A program made the translations under genes and the position numbers. The notes beneath the pieces are model-generated. The model did no database searches. It was given only the letters and a program-made list of their open reading frames with translations, and was not told the DNA's origin. From positions 1 to 64,000 of the forward strand of contig JBKAGE010000046.1 of NCBI GenBank assembly GCA_046290225.1: a stretch of 64,000 nucleotides of DNA, in the 5' to 3' direction. Position 1 is the stretch's first letter; each line of letters starts with the position of its first letter. Origin of the DNA: Bradymonadia bacterium (GTDB taxonomy: Bacteria > Myxococcota_A > Bradymonadia > UBA7976 > UBA1532). This document shows positions 60,907 through 64,000 of the stretch, one piece after another.

Positions 60907-63270
60907 CGGGCCCTCGTCGAAGGCGCCTTCGTACACCGACAGGAAGCGGGCCACGATGCGTCGTGTACCCACATCGGGGAAATCTACAGTCACCCTGGGG
61001 ATTTGACCAGCCTCAACCTCGGTGACCCGGCCGACCCCGAATTGTCCGTGGTACACAGCCATACCCACCTGAAAGTTTGCTTCGCCCATCGCCTCAGGGT
61101 GTACGACCTGTGAGACCGCATCATAATCCGGGAATGGCTCCGAGGCACCCTCGACGTCGATCACTGGGCCATCGAAGTGCTCCGGCGGGGCCTCGTCGAG
61201 GGGCTCGATGTAGATCGAAGACCCCGGCTCCACAGGCTGATGCTTTGGTCTCTCGGGCCTTTTGACACGCTGGCGGCGGTGACGTTCCCGCCATCGACTG
61301 CCACCCCCCGGTGGGGCCACCGATGACGGCCGAGGCACTCGCTCGGAGAGCAGATCTTCAGGCAGCTCGGCGAGGAACCGGCTCGGTCGGTTGTAGCGTA
61401 CGCCACCGAAGGTCTGCCGAGCCCGTGCGTAGGTGAGATACAGGCGCTCCTGAGCCCGGGTGAGGGCCACGTAGCAGAGGCGGCGCTCTTCTTCGATGCC
61501 GGCGTCATGGGTCGACAACCCGTGAGGGAAAATCCCCTCCTCCATACCCACCACGAAGACCACCGGGAACTCCAACCCCTTGGCTGCGTGCACCGTCATC
61601 AACGAGACCGCGCCGGCTTCGAGCTCGGTGAGATCGGCTTCTGATGCGAGCTTCACCGTCTCCAGGAAACCGCCGAGGGTGGGCGGCTCGGTGCCGCGCT
61701 CGTCGATGTCGCGGGCGTAGGCCTCGATGGCCACCAGGAGTCGCTCGACGTTCTCCACGCGTTCCTCAGGGCCGTGCACAGACTCTGCGGCCAGCTCCGG
61801 CAGGAAGCCCGAGTCGATCAAGATCGCGCGTGCCTGGGCCTCCGGACCTCGCTCGCCGGGATCGCGCAGGCGGTCGAGCAGCTCGACGAAGACCCCGAGC
61901 CCTTTGTGAGCCCGACCACGGAGCAGCTTCTCCTGCACGGCCATGGGCGCAGCCCGGCCCAACGAGACGCCATGATCTTTCGCATAGGCAGACAGCTTCT
62001 TGAGCGAGGTGGCCCCCACCCCACGAGGCGGCGTGTTCACCGCCCGCTTGAAGGCCACGTCGTCATCGGGGTTCACCAACAGCCGGATGAAGGCCAGCGC
62101 GTCTTTGATCTCCGCCCGCTGGTAGAACGAGCGCCCCTTGAAGACCACATAGGGCACCGCTTCGAAGCGCAGGGCCTCTTCCATGTCGAGGGAGAGGCTG
62201 TTGGTCCGGAAGAACACCGCCACGTCACCGGGGCGGACGTCGCTCTCGCGGCACAGGGCCCCGATCTGAGATGCCACCCACCGCGCCTCATCCCGAGCAT
62301 CCTGCCCGCGATGAATCTCGATGTGCATCCCACCTTCTTTGGCGGTCCATAACGATTTACCCAGACGCTTGGCGTTGTGACCGATGACGGCGTTCGCCGC
62401 GGTGAGGATCACCGAGGTGGAGCGATAGTTCTGTTCGAGACGGATGACCTCGGCGCTGGGGTAAACCTCTTGAAAGTTCAAGATGTTGCCAACTTCGGCC
62501 CCCCGCCAGCCATAGATCGACTGATCATCATCACCCACGACGAGCAGGTTGGCCCCAGGCGGCGCCATGAGCTTGAGCCAGCGGTACTGGGCCACGTTGG
62601 TGTCCTGGAACTCGTCCACCATGATCCACTGCCAACGGCGGCGCACGGCCTTCTGCAGCCACTCGTCCTGGGCGAGCAGATCGCCAGGGCGCATGATCAA
62701 ATCGCCAAAGTCGAAGGCGTCGGCGCGCTGCAGTCTGATCTCGTAGGCCTCGGAGATGCCCTGACCCCCGGCGAGGGCAGCCTCGTGGGGAATCTCCATG
62801 AGATCGACGTCCCGGCAGCCGTTCTTGGCCGCGTCGAGCACCTTGCGCACAGCCCCTGGAGGCCACAGCCGATCACTGATGCCAATGTCGTCGAGGGCGT
62901 CTTTGATCACCACGAGCTGGTCGGCGTCGTCGTAGATGCTGAAGCGTCGAGATCTGCCCAGTGGCTCCGGGTGACTGCGCAGGAACTTCGCGCCGAAGGC
63001 GTGGAAGGTGCTCACCGTGAGCCCCTTGGCCAGCTCAGGGCCGATGAGACTCTCGATCCGCTCCCGCATCTCTCTCGCGGCCTTGTTGGTGAAGGTCACG
63101 GCGAGGATGCTGTCGGGATCCACCCCCTGCTCCAACAACCACGCGATCCGGTGGGTGACGACGCGTGTCTTGCCAGATCCGGCACCGGCGAGGAGCAGCA
63201 TGGGCCCCTCCCCGTGGGTGACTGCCGCCCGCTGGGATGGGTTGAGTGTGTCGATGTTGATGCGGGACAC
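60895..63270 (-). CDS. pcrA: ATP-dependent DNA helicase UvrD/PcrA
   Basis: LAGAGSGKT, VTFTNKAA, VDEFQDTN, VGDDDQSIY, LEQNYRST, H.AKGLEFP, EERRLCYVA.TRA, C-terminal H..FG.G domain; AGGAGG RBS before GTG. Confidence 0.95.
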   Translation of the reverse strand: MSRINIDTLNPSQRAAVTHGEGPMLLLAGAGSGKTRVVTHRIAWLLEQGVDPDSILAVTFTNKAAREMRERIESLIGPELAKGLTVSTFHAFGAKFLRSHPEPLGRSRRFSIYDDADQLVVIKDALDDIGISDRLWPPGAVRKVLDAAKNGCRDVDLMEIPHEAALAGGQGISEAYEIRLQRADAFDFGDLIMRPGDLLAQDEWLQKAVRRRWQWIMVDEFQDTNVAQYRWLKLMAPPGANLLVVGDDDQSIYGWRGAEVGNILNFQEVYPSAEVIRLEQNYRSTSVILTAANAVIGHNAKRLGKSLWTAKEGGMHIEIHRGQDARDEARWVASQIGALCRESDVRPGDVAVFFRTNSLSLDMEEALRFEAVPYVVFKGRSFYQRAEIKDALAFIRLLVNPDDDVAFKRAVNTPPRGVGATSLKKLSAYAKDHGVSLGRAAPMAVQEKLLRGRAHKGLGVFVELLDRLRDPGERGPEAQARAILIDSGFLPELAAESVHGPEERVENVERLLVAIEAYARDIDERGTEPPTLGGFLETVKLASEADLTELEAGAVSLMTVHAAKGLEFPVVFVVGMEEGIFPHGLSTHDAGIEEERRLCYVALTRAQERLYLTYARARQTFGGVRYNRPSRFLAELPEDLLSERVPRPSSVAPPGGGSRWRERHRRQRVKRPERPKHQPVEPGSSIYIEPLDEAPPEHFDGPVIDVEGASEPFPDYDAVSQVVHPEAMGEANFQVGMAVYHGQFGVGRVTEVEAGQIPRVTVDFPDVGTRRIVARFLSVYEGAFDEGPVYD

Positions 63271-63482
63271 AGGGCCTCCTCTCACAGCTCACCTGACCAA
63301 CCGATCAGCTCGGTGGATCAGATCAGTTGTGCCGAGTTCGTACCGCTGTGTCGAGGGATACGCTACAGAACAGATGCTCAGTGCTGCGCAGGCAGGGCCA
63401 AAAGGTGGCTACAAGGGTGGATGTATACGCCCACCCGTCAACCCGGCTCGGAGATCGGCGATTCTGCCGCCTACTCTACGGC

Positions 63483-64000
<518 letters not shown>

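Overview
High-GC, gene-dense window from a Myxococcota-like (deltaproteobacterial) chromosome, judged from gene content: split F0 atp operon behind hemL, pilD followed by a PilS2-like kinase, an Agl/Glt-type cluster and zinc-ribbon/GYF proteins. Core genes: parA-like, pilD, atpZ/I/B/E, hemL, gyrA, an ECF sigma factor, NFACT/RqcH, pepA, obgE, rpmA, rplU, mtnA, pcrA/uvrD and a partial glmS. The centre (about 23-54 kb) holds a surface-polysaccharide locus (O-antigen ligase-TPR, carbamoyltransferase, GT4, Wzc, nucleotide-sugar dehydrogenase, epimerase, short Wza/OPX, outer-membrane beta-barrel) next to a co-oriented Agl-Glt-like cluster (GltC/D/E/F-like, TolQ plus two TolR subunits, GltG-like). 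Most notable: (1) this motor-plus-polysaccharide-export arrangement, in which one TolR subunit has Asn at the conserved Asp; (2) a VWA lipoprotein carrying a 52-codon segment 85% identical (nt, hand count) to the GltG-like gene 35 kb away; (3) an intergenic repeat family with covarying hairpins, present as six copies including a 680-bp inverted pair between rpmA and obgE; (4) a structured gyrA/ECF divergent region. No rRNA, tRNA, CRISPR array, transposase or prophage was recognised. All calls come from reading motifs by eye; no database searches were run.
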